A stretch of 64,000 nt of DNA from NCBI GenBank assembly GCA_963737265.1, contig CAVTRY010000023.1:485999-549998 (forward strand), in the 5' to 3' direction. Under the pieces are notes generated by a model. The model did not search any database, was not told the DNA's origin, and was given only the letters and a program-made list of their open reading frames with translations. Made by a program: the position numbers and the translations under genes. This DNA is from an uncultured delta proteobacterium (GTDB taxonomy: Bacteria > Myxococcota_A > Polyangia > Fen-1088). Shown here piece after piece: positions 22,423 through 32,432 of this stretch (positions within the stretch are counted from its first letter, which is position 1; each line of letters begins with the position of its first letter).

Positions 22423-23532
22423 TTGACAGCTTTGACAGCCCCACCTTTGGAATCCGGCTCCCTACGCGACCGACTCCTCGCGGCACTCGCCGATCCCGAT
22501 ATTGCGGGCAAGGCTGGTCGCAACCCGGCCGCCGTGGTCGCGTACCACGACGCGATCGCTGTTCTCGAGTGGATCGGAATCGGTAAGGGCCTGGTCATCG
22601 TCGACAGCGCGGGTATGGCCGCCTTGGACCTCGGTGCGCACCTCGACCGCATCCTGAGCTCGCACGAGAAGGGACTGCTCTTCGTCGCTGTGGTGGGCGG
22701 CGATGCGGAGATTGCGCCGGCCCTGGTCGCGGCGGACGCGCGCGCCCGCGATCGCGACCAACTCGGCCTGTACCACATCGACCTGACCGGGAAGGCTCAT
22801 CGGGTGGCCGGCAGGCGCTTGCCCGAGCTGGAAAAGGCGTGTCGCGATCTGCCCCCGATTTTTCGCCTGTCGCCCGACGACATCGCCGGAATCATCGAAC
22901 GCGGCCGCAAAGAGCGCGCCGAGGCCATGGATTTCGTGCGCGGTTCGGCGCGCCGGTTTCCCCAGGTCACCGTGGGCATCATCGCCATTTGCGTCCTCGT
23001 TTTCGCCCTGACTGCCGGCAACGATCCGCGCGCCCAGTACGCATTTCTGCTTCTATGCAACAGTCCCGACAAGGTTCGCCAGGGCGAGTTGTGGCGCCTC
23101 CTCACCTATGCGGTGCTGCACGATCCGACCAGTCCGACCCACCTCATCGTGAACATGCTGTCGCTCTACAGCCTGGGCGCGTTTCTGGAACCGCTACTCG
23201 GCCGCTTTCGCATGGCCACGTTGTGGGTTGTGTCGGCTCTGGTCGGCGGCGCGGCGAGCGCCCTATTCGGGGGCGGGATTTCCGTCGGGGCCTCGGGTGC
23301 GGTGTGGGGCCTGGTCGGCGCGACCTTCGGCCTTCTGCGCGGCAAGGACTTTTTCCCCGCCTTGATCGCGCGCGGTTTGCGCCAGCGCCTCGTGGTTGTC
23401 TTGGCCATCAACATCGGCATCTCGTTCCTGCCCCACATCGACCGCTACTGCCACTTTGGCGGCGGCCTGGCGGGATACGTCGTCGCTCGCCTGATCCTGG
23501 CCCGACGACCGGTGGTTGGCGAAAACAGGTAA
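22423..23532 (+). CDS. Rhomboid intramembrane serine protease with N-terminal soluble domain
   Basis: WRLLT, HLIVN, GASG, HFGG. Confidence 0.88.
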   Translation: MTALTAPPLESGSLRDRLLAALADPDIAGKAGRNPAAVVAYHDAIAVLEWIGIGKGLVIVDSAGMAALDLGAHLDRILSSHEKGLLFVAVVGGDAEIAPALVAADARARDRDQLGLYHIDLTGKAHRVAGRRLPELEKACRDLPPIFRLSPDDIAGIIERGRKERAEAMDFVRGSARRFPQVTVGIIAICVLVFALTAGNDPRAQYAFLLLCNSPDKVRQGELWRLLTYAVLHDPTSPTHLIVNMLSLYSLGAFLEPLLGRFRMATLWVVSALVGGAASALFGGGISVGASGAVWGLVGATFGLLRGKDFFPALIARGLRQRLVVVLAINIGISFLPHIDRYCHFGGGLAGYVVARLILARRPVVGENR

Positions 23533-23557
23533 ATCGAGACCTTGAAAGGGGTGGCCG

Positions 23558-24862
23558 TCAGGGTGCCAAGCTCGCGGCCGCGTTCACTGTCTTCCCGGCG
23601 CTGCTTAGGTTGATGGGTTCGCCGTTGAGCTTCACCTGCTTGAGCATGCCGAGCGACGGGTGCAAGCTCACTTCGACCGTCTTTCCTGCCCGCAAATCGC
23701 CGTCGTCGAGCGCAAAGACAGCCAACTGTCCGCGCTGCGGAATGGCGACGATCTTCTGGATTTGCGACCTGCGCTCGCTTATGACCTCGACGCGGAACCA
23801 GGCCGGAATGCGATACACGAACCCAGAGATCTCTTCGGCCTTGGCGCCGATACTCGCGGCAGGCGCTGCCTTGGCGCCAGCGTCTTTGCCATTGCTCGCA
23901 GCGCTGGGCCGCCCGGCCAATTCGTAAAGCGTGACGGTCAGCTCTGGCAAGGGCGCCTTGACGTCGATTTCGGCTGCCGCAAGCGCAGCTCTGACGGCTG
24001 GGTAGGCCGGACAGTCTCCCTCTGCTTCGGAGATCTTGAAGGCGCTTTTCGACGACGGGTCGAGCAGGCACGTGACGGGCACGCTCACCGTCTTGCAAAG
24101 CTCGGCATCCAGCGCGGCGATCTCGGTACGCAGTTTGCCCTTGAGCGCGAGAATCTTATCGATCTCGGTACTGGCGCCCGCGGCCGCCGGCGTGGCGTTG
24201 CCTGTCGATGCCGCTGATGTCTGCGGCGACTTATCGGCAGGCGTTGCGAGCGCGAGCGGAAGCTCGCCGCTCGCAAGACTGACAATCCTCTCATCCAGCT
24301 TCGCCATCACGGCGTCTAGAGCCACCCGCTGCTTAGCGTTCTCGTGCCGCCGGGTGAGCTCCGGCGTCTCGCCCGCGGTGGCGAAGGCCTTCGCCACCTT
24401 GGCTAGGGTTTCAAGGCCCCAAGTGGCGAAGCCAAGGGACTGGTCGGCTGTCGTCGCCTGCGAGGAAGTCAGCTCGCCCTTCTCGCTGAAATTTGCATTG
24501 AACGTGGTTTTCATCATGAAGCTGCCGGCCGATCGAATGATGAAGGCGGCGGCAGGATCGGGAATGGCGATGGTATCGAGTTTGACCTGGTCGAGGGTGC
24601 TGTCTGCTTCTGCCAGCTCCAGTTTCGCGCAGCTGGCCGCAGTGGCAGCACAGGTCGGGGCTGGACGGAGGGTCAATTTAAGCGTGAAGTCGGTCTGAAG
24701 CAGCGCTTGGGGCAGCTGATAGACTGCCCCGTTCACGCGTTCGCCATGGCCGGGTACATAGGGCCGAACGCGCACGATCGGCGCACACGCGATCACTCCA
24801 TTGGCCAGGCCACCCACTAGGAATACAGCCAAGGTTGTGCATGCAAGATTAGATGAACACAT
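23558..24862 (-). CDS. Hypothetical secreted protein or lipoprotein
   Basis: 434-aa ORF with a signal and a VIAC lipobox-like motif; overlaps the upstream gene. Confidence 0.6.
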   Translation of the reverse strand: MCSSNLACTTLAVFLVGGLANGVIACAPIVRVRPYVPGHGERVNGAVYQLPQALLQTDFTLKLTLRPAPTCAATAASCAKLELAEADSTLDQVKLDTIAIPDPAAAFIIRSAGSFMMKTTFNANFSEKGELTSSQATTADQSLGFATWGLETLAKVAKAFATAGETPELTRRHENAKQRVALDAVMAKLDERIVSLASGELPLALATPADKSPQTSAASTGNATPAAAGASTEIDKILALKGKLRTEIAALDAELCKTVSVPVTCLLDPSSKSAFKISEAEGDCPAYPAVRAALAAAEIDVKAPLPELTVTLYELAGRPSAASNGKDAGAKAAPAASIGAKAEEISGFVYRIPAWFRVEVISERRSQIQKIVAIPQRGQLAVFALDDGDLRAGKTVEVSLHPSLGMLKQVKLNGEPINLSSAGKTVNAAASLAP

Positions 24863-25355
24863 AGCGAATCCTTTCCACAGAGTCGAGCCAACCGCTTGTT
24901 ACCGTGCCATCCAAGAAGGACCCATCCACTTGGGGCGAGGCCAAGATCTTTTTCGTGCGAACGTCATACAGGTAGGGCAGTTCGTCGGGGTCCACGCCGA
25001 AATTCAAGACGTGAAGGTCCGTGGCGAGGAAGCCAAAAGCAGGAGGAAGCCGATAGCCGTCGGGCGGCGGCTGGGTCATCAGACGAAAGGCGACGGCCAC
25101 GCGCGCGGCGAAAGCCAAATCCTCGCAGTCGTATTGATTCTCGCAATAAAGATTCGGATCGGAACGAGGATCGCTGGCGAGAATCCCCGGAATGCAATCG
25201 GGATGCACAAGGCGATACTTCCCCGTGTCGCCAAGCTGAAGAGCTCGGTCCATGGCCGTACTTTTCTTTGCGGTACTCTCCTCAGGAAAAGACCGCAAAA
25301 ACCAGCCTCGGACGCACTCCCTCAGAATTCCAGATTCCATGAAGGTCGCAGCCAT
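24849..25355 (-). CDS. Hypothetical protein with papain/transglutaminase-like (MOA C-terminal-like) triad
   Basis: YDCEDLA...LHVLN...YLYD motif order. Confidence 0.5.
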   Translation of the reverse strand: MAATFMESGILRECVRGWFLRSFPEESTAKKSTAMDRALQLGDTGKYRLVHPDCIPGILASDPRSDPNLYCENQYDCEDLAFAARVAVAFRLMTQPPPDGYRLPPAFGFLATDLHVLNFGVDPDELPYLYDVRTKKILASPQVDGSFLDGTVTSGWLDSVERIRYVFI

Positions 25356-25478
25356 CCGCTCTTGGTCTCCGTGTGGGTGCCTCGACGTGGGCGTTTAGAC
25401 CACGGACAATCCCCGCGTGTCAACGCCAGTACCGATAGACACCGGTCGCGTACGCCTGACGGCGCCTTCGGCGCGCTA

Positions 25479-27494
25479 CTAGCTGGGTGAATCGGGAACC
25501 GCTTCGGCGCGCGCAGCGAAATAGTCGAGGATGGCCGCGGCCGCAGCGTGGTTGATGCCCGGAGCGGCCAGCAGTTGCTCAAGCGACGCTTCGCCGACCT
25601 TTCTCAGACTGCCGAAGTGGCGCAGTAGCGCGCGTTGCCGAACCGGTCCGATGCCGGCAATGCCGGACAACGCTGAACGCAAGGTGCGGCGTTTGCGCTG
25701 GCTGCGATGGAAACCGACCGCGAAACGGTGGGCCTCGTCGCGCAGACGAGCCAGTACGTACATCTCGGCGCTGGTCGGTCCAATCGGAATCGCATCCTTG
25801 CCGTGGGCAAGAAAAACTCGGTCGGGGCGAGTCGTTGCGGCCGCGGCCTTGGCTGGCGCATCTGCCGTAGCCTCACCCGTCGCTGGCTCCGTCGGGGCCT
25901 CGCCCACCAGCGAATCGCGCTCCTTCGCCAACGCAACGATGGGCAGCCCGGCCCCGGGCCGCACGTCCACGCCGGTATCCCGTGCCGCCGCCAGGGCCAC
26001 GGCGAGCTGCCCCTTGCCGCCGTCGACGACGAGCAAATCGGGCAGCTTCCACGGATCGCCGTCCGCGGTGGCCTCGCGACCGCGGCGAAAGCGGCGCGAA
26101 AGCACCTCGTACATGGATGCGAAGTCGTCGCCGCCTTTGGCGCGCTTGATGCGATAGGTTCGATAGCGGGCCTTGGCCGGCTCGCCGTCCTCGAACACCA
26201 CCATCGATGCCACGGGGTCGGTGCCTTGCACGTGCGAGATGTCGTAGCACTCGATCACGCGCGGGGTGCGCGCGAGCCCCAGGCGCCGTTGCAGGCGAGC
26301 CAGCGTGACCTCGCTGTCCCTGCCGCGGTCGCGCCGGCTGACGAAGCTCGATGCGGCGTTCTTGCGCGCGAGCTCGACCAAATCGTGGCGCGGCCCGCGC
26401 TGGGGCATCAGCACATCGACCTTCTTGCCGCGCTTTTCCGCCAGCCATTCCGATTTCACGTCCGCGTCGGCGATGGCAAAAGGCAGCAGCACCTCGGCGG
26501 GCGGCGTCCCCTGCAAGTCGTAATAGAGGCCGAGGAAGCTCGACAAGATTTCGTCGTCGGGAAACTCCTGCTTGCCGAACGAAAAGGCGCGATTGCCCAC
26601 CAGCTTTCCCTGCCGGATGAACAGCACCACGATTTCCACCGCCTGACCTTCGCGGTGAAAACCGACGACGTCCTGGTCGACGAAGCTGTCCTGCACCACG
26701 CGCTGCGATTCCAGCACCGATTCGAGGGCGCGGATCTGATCGCGCAAGGTGGCCGCGCGTTCGAACGACGTGGCCGCCGCGGCTTCCTTCATGCGCAGGC
26801 GAAGATCGTCGAGCAGCTCGTCGTTCTTGCCTTCGAGAAAGAGCCCGACGAAGCGCACTTGCTCGGCGTATTCGTCGCCCGACACCGGCAGCACGCAGGG
26901 CGCGAGACAACGCTTGATCTGGTACTGCAGACAGGGGCGCTGCCGACTTTCCAGCGTATGGTCAGTGCAGATGCGTAGTTGAAAGTGCCGATTCACCACG
27001 CGCAGGGTTTCCCGGCACGCCGTGGCCGAATGGTAAGGGCCGTAGTAGCTGGCGCGGTCGTTCGCCATCTTGCGCACCACCTCCAAGCGCGGCCATTTCG
27101 CCCGCGGATCCAGGCGCAGCACGAGATAGTTCTTGTCATCGGTCAGCTTGACGTTGAAGCGCGGCTGGTGCTGCTTGATGAGGTGGTTTTCCAGCAGCAG
27201 GGCTTCCTTCTCGTTGCCGGTCACCACGGTGTCGATGTTGGCCACGATGCCTTCGAGCAACGGCACGAAAGCGCGGGTGTCGCCCGTGGCCGGCTGGAAG
27301 TACTGACGCACGCGCTGGCGCAGGTTGGCGGCCTTGCCGACGTAGATGATCTTGGCCCGCCGGTCCTTCATCAGATAAACGCCGGGCTGGGTGGGCAGTC
27401 GTTCTAGGATTTCGCCAAGCGTCCGCTCGGCGGGCGCCATTTCGGCGTCGTGCAGCATGGGCGGAGCAGATGGATGATCGTCGGACTCGGACAC
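25479..27494 (-). CDS. uvrC: Excinuclease ABC subunit C
   Basis: GIY-YIG (PGVYLM...IYVGKA), IECYDISH, DGGKGQ, RDEAHRFA, HhH. Confidence 0.97.
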   Translation of the reverse strand: MSESDDHPSAPPMLHDAEMAPAERTLGEILERLPTQPGVYLMKDRRAKIIYVGKAANLRQRVRQYFQPATGDTRAFVPLLEGIVANIDTVVTGNEKEALLLENHLIKQHQPRFNVKLTDDKNYLVLRLDPRAKWPRLEVVRKMANDRASYYGPYHSATACRETLRVVNRHFQLRICTDHTLESRQRPCLQYQIKRCLAPCVLPVSGDEYAEQVRFVGLFLEGKNDELLDDLRLRMKEAAAATSFERAATLRDQIRALESVLESQRVVQDSFVDQDVVGFHREGQAVEIVVLFIRQGKLVGNRAFSFGKQEFPDDEILSSFLGLYYDLQGTPPAEVLLPFAIADADVKSEWLAEKRGKKVDVLMPQRGPRHDLVELARKNAASSFVSRRDRGRDSEVTLARLQRRLGLARTPRVIECYDISHVQGTDPVASMVVFEDGEPAKARYRTYRIKRAKGGDDFASMYEVLSRRFRRGREATADGDPWKLPDLLVVDGGKGQLAVALAAARDTGVDVRPGAGLPIVALAKERDSLVGEAPTEPATGEATADAPAKAAAATTRPDRVFLAHGKDAIPIGPTSAEMYVLARLRDEAHRFAVGFHRSQRKRRTLRSALSGIAGIGPVRQRALLRHFGSLRKVGEASLEQLLAAPGINHAAAAAILDYFAARAEAVPDSPS

Positions 27495-27579
27495 GATGGA
27501 TCCAGTCTACCGTTGATATTGGCTGCTTGGCACAGGGGATGATTGACGGCCGGCCAGGTTTGGCGGCTAACTCTTGTCC

Positions 27580-28356
27580 ATGGCACGAAAATGGCGAAAT
27601 AGGCTGGCCTTCGTCCTTGTGGCGGTCGCTTTGCTCGCGCCCGCCTATTCGCGGATGGCGCAGGCGAACTCGCGCCCGGTGGCCTATCTCACCTGGTACG
27701 GCCAGTCCTGCTTCCTGCTCGAAAGCGCTACCGGCACGCGCATCCTGATGGATCCCATCCCAACCAACATCGGCTACCTGCCGCCCGCCGATCTGCGCGC
27801 CAACGCTGTGACCATCAGCCACGAGCATCCCGACCACACCAATGTCGGCCTCGTGCAGGGCAAGCCGCGCGTGCTGCGCGGGCTGACCGCCGACAAGAAA
27901 GGTTGGGTGAAGATCGACGAGAAGATCAAGGACATCTCGGTCCGCTCGGTGGGCGTGTACCACGACACCAAGCGCGGCGCCGAGCTCGGCCTCGACACCG
28001 TGTTTATTTTCGAGACCGGCGGCGTGCGCATCGCGCATCTCGGCGACCTCGGGCATGCCCTGACCGACGAGCAGATTTCTGCCATCGGCTCGGTCGATGT
28101 GGTGCTGGTACCGGTGGGTGGCACGTGGACCATCGACGCACAGGAAGCGACCCATGTTGTGGATCAGATCCGGCCGCGCCTCATCGTGATCCCCATGCAC
28201 TACAAGACCGACGTCCTGACCATCAAGGAACTCGCGCCCGTCGAGCCATTCCTGGCCGGCCGCCCGAATGTCCGGCGCGAAAAGTCCAATCGCGTCGCCA
28301 TCACCGGCCTGCGCTACAAGCCCTCCGCCGAGGTTGTGGTCTTGAACTACAAGTAG
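27580..28356 (+). CDS. Secreted MBL-fold metallo-hydrolase
   Basis: SHEHPDH, HLGDLGH, IPMHY. Confidence 0.88.
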   Translation: MARKWRNRLAFVLVAVALLAPAYSRMAQANSRPVAYLTWYGQSCFLLESATGTRILMDPIPTNIGYLPPADLRANAVTISHEHPDHTNVGLVQGKPRVLRGLTADKKGWVKIDEKIKDISVRSVGVYHDTKRGAELGLDTVFIFETGGVRIAHLGDLGHALTDEQISAIGSVDVVLVPVGGTWTIDAQEATHVVDQIRPRLIVIPMHYKTDVLTIKELAPVEPFLAGRPNVRREKSNRVAITGLRYKPSAEVVVLNYK

Positions 28357-28392
28357 TGGGTCGCGAGCGCGCCCATGCCATAATGCCCGGCC

Positions 28393-29703
28393 ATGAAACG
28401 CCGACGACTTTCCGGCCTGCACATCCCCGTCATTGTCCTCCTCGTCCTGGCCGCATTCGCGGGTGGCATGGCGGCTTCGCGGCCGCTTGTCGCCGGTCGA
28501 TTCGACCCGTACCACAAGCTGACCATCTTCACCAAGGTGCTCTCGTACATCGAGAACAACTACGTCGAAGACATCTCCGAATCCGAGCTGATGTACGGCG
28601 CCGCCCGCGGTCTCACCGAGGTCCTCGACCCGCATTCGCGCTTCATGGATCCCGACGAATACGAGAAGCTCAAGCAGGAGACCGAGGGCAACGCCGAGAT
28701 CATCGGCATCGGCATCGACCTCGAAAAGCGCAAGCGCGGCTTCGTGGTGGTTTCCCCCATCGAAGGCTCGCCCGCCTGGCGGGCCGGCATCGAGACCGGC
28801 GACCTCATCGAACGCATCGATGGCGTCGACGCCGCCCCGCTCGACTGGAACGACGCCATCGCGCGCATTCAAGGCGCCGCCGGCAGCGAGGTCGTGCTGG
28901 TCATCAATCGCCGCGGCCGCTCCATCACGTTCCACATCAAGCGCGAGAAATTCGAGGTCAAGGCCGTCGAGTGGCGCCTGCTCGCCGAGGGCTACGGCTA
29001 CATCAAGCTGCGCGTGTTTTCTTCCATCACCGACGCCAAGGTGCTGGAAGGCCTGGAAGACATCGAAAAGCAGTGCGAAAAGACCGGCGGCATCAAGGGC
29101 ATCATCCTCGACATGCGCCACAACCCGGGTGGGCTGCTCGACCAGGGCGTGAAGGTCGCCGACCGATTCATCGCCGACGGCCTCATCGTGCGCACCGTGG
29201 GCAAGGGTGGCAAGGAGATGGACCGCCAGATGGCGCACAGCCGCGGTACCTGGCTGGGCTTCCCGATGGTCGTGCTGGTCGATGGCGCCACCGCCTCGGC
29301 CGCGGAAATCGTCGCCGGTGCGCTTCAGGACCACGAGCGCGCCGTCGTTCTCGGCAGCCCGACCTTCGGCAAGGGTTCGGTGCAGACCGTGATGACCGTC
29401 GACGGCTGCGGCCCCAAGCCGTGCGGGCTCAAGCTGACCGTCGCGCGCTACTACACGCCGAGCGGCCGCTCCATTCAAGGCCAGGGCATCGTCCCCAACA
29501 TCGTCGTCGACACCGCCGCGCCGCCCCCGGATGCCGGCGAAGGCGAAATGGTGCGCGAACGCAATTTCGATCGCCATCTGCGCAACGAGCAGGGCGAAAA
29601 GCCCATCGAGGTCAAGCGCATGTCGGACTATCAACTCCAAGTTGCGCTCAACTACCTAAAATCTTGGGCCGTGTTTTCCAAGCAATCTGTTAAAAAGGGC
29701 TAG
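28393..29703 (+). CDS. S41 carboxy-terminal processing protease (CtpA-like)
   Basis: LDPHS, PDZ GIGI, DMRHNPGG, ASAAEI, FGKGSVQ. Confidence 0.93.
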   Translation: MKRRRLSGLHIPVIVLLVLAAFAGGMAASRPLVAGRFDPYHKLTIFTKVLSYIENNYVEDISESELMYGAARGLTEVLDPHSRFMDPDEYEKLKQETEGNAEIIGIGIDLEKRKRGFVVVSPIEGSPAWRAGIETGDLIERIDGVDAAPLDWNDAIARIQGAAGSEVVLVINRRGRSITFHIKREKFEVKAVEWRLLAEGYGYIKLRVFSSITDAKVLEGLEDIEKQCEKTGGIKGIILDMRHNPGGLLDQGVKVADRFIADGLIVRTVGKGGKEMDRQMAHSRGTWLGFPMVVLVDGATASAAEIVAGALQDHERAVVLGSPTFGKGSVQTVMTVDGCGPKPCGLKLTVARYYTPSGRSIQGQGIVPNIVVDTAAPPPDAGEGEMVRERNFDRHLRNEQGEKPIEVKRMSDYQLQVALNYLKSWAVFSKQSVKKG

Positions 29704-29747
29704 CTTCGCGGCGCCTGTTGCGTCGCATTGAACAAAAGGAGAGCACG

Positions 29748-30821
29748 ATGGTTTCCTGTCCAAAATGCGGACACCAGAATCTACCCAGCGCCCAAGCCTG
29801 CTCCCAGTGCGGCACCACCCTGCCCGCCGCCGTCCCGGGCGGTGTCGGCCCCGGCATCGACAGCGTCGAGGAGTACGCCCGGCAAATGGCCGCCCGCGAA
29901 GCGATTCGTAGGCGCAACCGCATGATCGTCGGCGCCATCGCCCTGGTCGTGATCGCCTTCGTCATCTACAAGCAGATGCAGGACCGCAGCCGCAAGGCCG
30001 CCGCGCAAGACAAGCTCAATTTCGCCGAGAAGTTCGTCGAGCTGGAAAAGCGCGAGACCGGCGCGTTCTGGAACTGCGTGATGGCGAGCGAAGTCGACAT
30101 CGGCATGTTCCAAAAGGGCGAACAGTTCCAGCAGCGCATCGAATCCGCCTACTTCACCCAGCAGAAGACCTTCGCCGACTACCTCGGCACGGAATGCATC
30201 CCCAAGATCGAACGCGCCCGCCAAGCGTTCGGTGGTCTGCGCGATGCCCCCGACGAGCTGGCCGGCCCGCTCGAAAAGTACCGCGAGGCCCTGCCCAAGC
30301 TGCAAGCGGGCCTGGAAGACTACGCCGAGAAGATCAAGGCGCGCGGCACCACCAAGGACACCGACCAGCTGATCCAAGAACTGGGCACGACCTGGCACAC
30401 CACCGGCGATATCACCGCCGAGACAGCGGCCTATGAGAAGTTTCTCTACTGCGCCATTCCCGGCCTGGCGAAAATGAAGGACACGCAGGAGGTCCTCGAA
30501 TACATGAGCGACCAGTGCTTCAAGAAGGATCCGGTCGCCTTCATGGATCGCGTGCGCAAGGACTGCGGCCCCATGCTCGTGGTGGCCGACAAAGACGCCA
30601 AGGTCGATCCGAAATCGGTGCCGACCTGGAAGGTCTCGCGCAAGCAATTCGTCGAGGACGACATGCGCCAGCTGCAGGCATGGGAAAGCTGCGGCAAGAA
30701 GTCGCGCAAGGGCAAGAAGAAGGAAGACCTGGAACAGTTTCTCGTGGGCGTCAACGACTACATGGCCGCGCGCTCGGGCGTCGCCAACGCCGCCCGCATG
30801 ATCGCGGATAGCGCCAAGTAA
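29748..30821 (+). CDS. Zinc-ribbon membrane-anchored protein
   Basis: CPKCG...CSQCG, one TM helix, Cys-containing helical ectodomain; AGGAG RBS. Confidence 0.75.
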   Translation: MVSCPKCGHQNLPSAQACSQCGTTLPAAVPGGVGPGIDSVEEYARQMAAREAIRRRNRMIVGAIALVVIAFVIYKQMQDRSRKAAAQDKLNFAEKFVELEKRETGAFWNCVMASEVDIGMFQKGEQFQQRIESAYFTQQKTFADYLGTECIPKIERARQAFGGLRDAPDELAGPLEKYREALPKLQAGLEDYAEKIKARGTTKDTDQLIQELGTTWHTTGDITAETAAYEKFLYCAIPGLAKMKDTQEVLEYMSDQCFKKDPVAFMDRVRKDCGPMLVVADKDAKVDPKSVPTWKVSRKQFVEDDMRQLQAWESCGKKSRKGKKKEDLEQFLVGVNDYMAARSGVANAARMIADSAK

Positions 30822-30835
30822 CTCGCCGACTGGCC

Positions 30836-30898
30836 CCTACAGGCGACAGGCTAGGGGCACCAGGCTACAGCTGCCCTGGTGCCTGGTGCCAGTTGCCT
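30836..30898. terminator. Heptamer-repeat hairpin between convergent genes
   Basis: CAGGC-type 7-mers followed by complementary GCCTGGT 7-mers (GGCACCAGG/CCTGGTGCC stem). Confidence 0.4.
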
Positions 30899-30983
30899 CA
30901 TGACACGACCGCTGAAGAACTCGTCGCCCCATGCGAAGCATCTCGGAGATAGTAGAATAGGGCGCTGGGGCGACCCGGACCCT

Positions 30984-32432
30984 CTACTGGACCAGCGCCA
31001 TCACCGGCGACGGCAGTACACCGAGCATCAGCACCGCCACCGCCAGCACCACCAGCACGACCCCGGTCGCCAGCGACGGGTAGCTCTCGAAGTCCTCTCC
31101 GGCGCGGTCGCGGAAGTACATGGCGACCACGATGCGTAGGTAGTAGTAGACGCTGACCACGCTGTTGAGCACGGCGGCCACTACCAGCCAAATCAGCTCG
31201 GGACGCACGACCGCGGCGCGGAAGAGAAAAAACTTGGCGAAGAAGCCACCGGTGGGCGGCACGCCGGCCAGGGAAAGCAGGAACAGCGTCATGGCCAGGG
31301 CAAGGGCCGGCCGCTTGCGCGCAAGCCCGGCCCAATCGTCGACGCGCAGGCGTTCGTCGCGCCGGTGCCCGACCCAGGCCGCGACGACAAACGCGCCTAG
31401 GGTGGTGGCCGCGTACGCCGCCAGATAGAAGAGCAACGCCGGCTGCGCGCTGGGCACGCCAAACCCAGCCGCCGCCACGCCGACGAGCAAGTAGCCAGCA
31501 TGCGCAATGGAGGAATAGGCCAGCATGCGCTTCACACTGTCCTGCCGGATCGCCGCCAGATTGCCAAGGGTCATGCTGACGAGAGCCACTAGGCCAATCG
31601 AGCGCGCCCATCCCGCGTGGCCAAGCGCCACGCCGGGATGGATGAAGGCCGAACCAAAGAGGCGCAACAGCCCACCCACGGCTGCTACCTTGATTCCGGC
31701 CGCCATGAACCCGGTCACCGGCGTCGGCGCGCCCTCGTAGGCATCCGGCAACCACATGTGGAACGGCACGGCCGCCACCTTGAACAGCAGCGCGACCAGG
31801 ATGAGATACACCCCAACGAGAAACAGGGGATTGTTCCCGGCTGCTCCGGCGTGATTGGCGATGCCTGCAAAGGAGAGCTCGCCGCCGGTCGTCCCGTACA
31901 CCAGGGCCATGCCATAGACGAAGAAGCCGGTCGCCAGCGCCCCCATCAGAAAATACTTGAGCGCGCCCTCCGCGCCCTGGCTGCTGCGGTAGCGGCAGGC
32001 CACTAGCACGTAAGCCGCCAACGACATGGTTTCGATGCCGATGAGCAGCGACAGAAGATGGGCCGCGTGGACGACCATGATCATGCCCGCGCTCACGAGC
32101 AGCACGAGCGACGGAAACTCGCCCCGATCGAAGTCGTGTTCGCGCGCGAACGGATAGAAGGTGACGAGGGTCATGGCCGTGACTGCCGCGATGATCACAT
32201 CCAGGAACAAGGCCATCCGATCTGCGATCCACATGTCCGAGAGAATCGCCTGGGCACCCGTCCCGTGGGGCAGCGCCAGCGCGGCGGCGAGCAGGGCCAG
32301 CAGCGAAGCAGCAACTGCGGTCCAGGTCGCGGCCAGGCGCAGGCGCACGCCCGCGAGAACGCCCAGCAACAACACGAGGCACGCCGCACTTCCGGTGACG
32401 AGGAGGGGCGAAAGAGCCAGCGTGGCGGTCAT
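30984..32432 (-). CDS. nuoN: NADH-quinone oxidoreductase subunit N
   Basis: EGALKYF, FKVAAVPFHMWLPDAYEG, KRMLAYSSIAH. Confidence 0.95.
   Translation of the reverse strand: MTATLALSPLLVTGSAACLVLLLGVLAGVRLRLAATWTAVAASLLALLAAALALPHGTGAQAILSDMWIADRMALFLDVIIAAVTAMTLVTFYPFAREHDFDRGEFPSLVLLVSAGMIMVVHAAHLLSLLIGIETMSLAAYVLVACRYRSSQGAEGALKYFLMGALATGFFVYGMALVYGTTGGELSFAGIANHAGAAGNNPLFLVGVYLILVALLFKVAAVPFHMWLPDAYEGAPTPVTGFMAAGIKVAAVGGLLRLFGSAFIHPGVALGHAGWARSIGLVALVSMTLGNLAAIRQDSVKRMLAYSSIAHAGYLLVGVAAAGFGVPSAQPALLFYLAAYAATTLGAFVVAAWVGHRRDERLRVDDWAGLARKRPALALAMTLFLLSLAGVPPTGGFFAKFFLFRAAVVRPELIWLVVAAVLNSVVSVYYYLRIVVAMYFRDRAGEDFESYPSLATGVVLVVLAVAVLMLGVLPSPVMALVQ

Noticed and set aside
27136-29640. Long antisense and alternate-frame ORFs (e.g. 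834 aa here, 13880..16108, 16288..18657)
   Set aside because: Shadow ORFs of GC-rich genes; they overlap well-supported genes and lack motifs of their own
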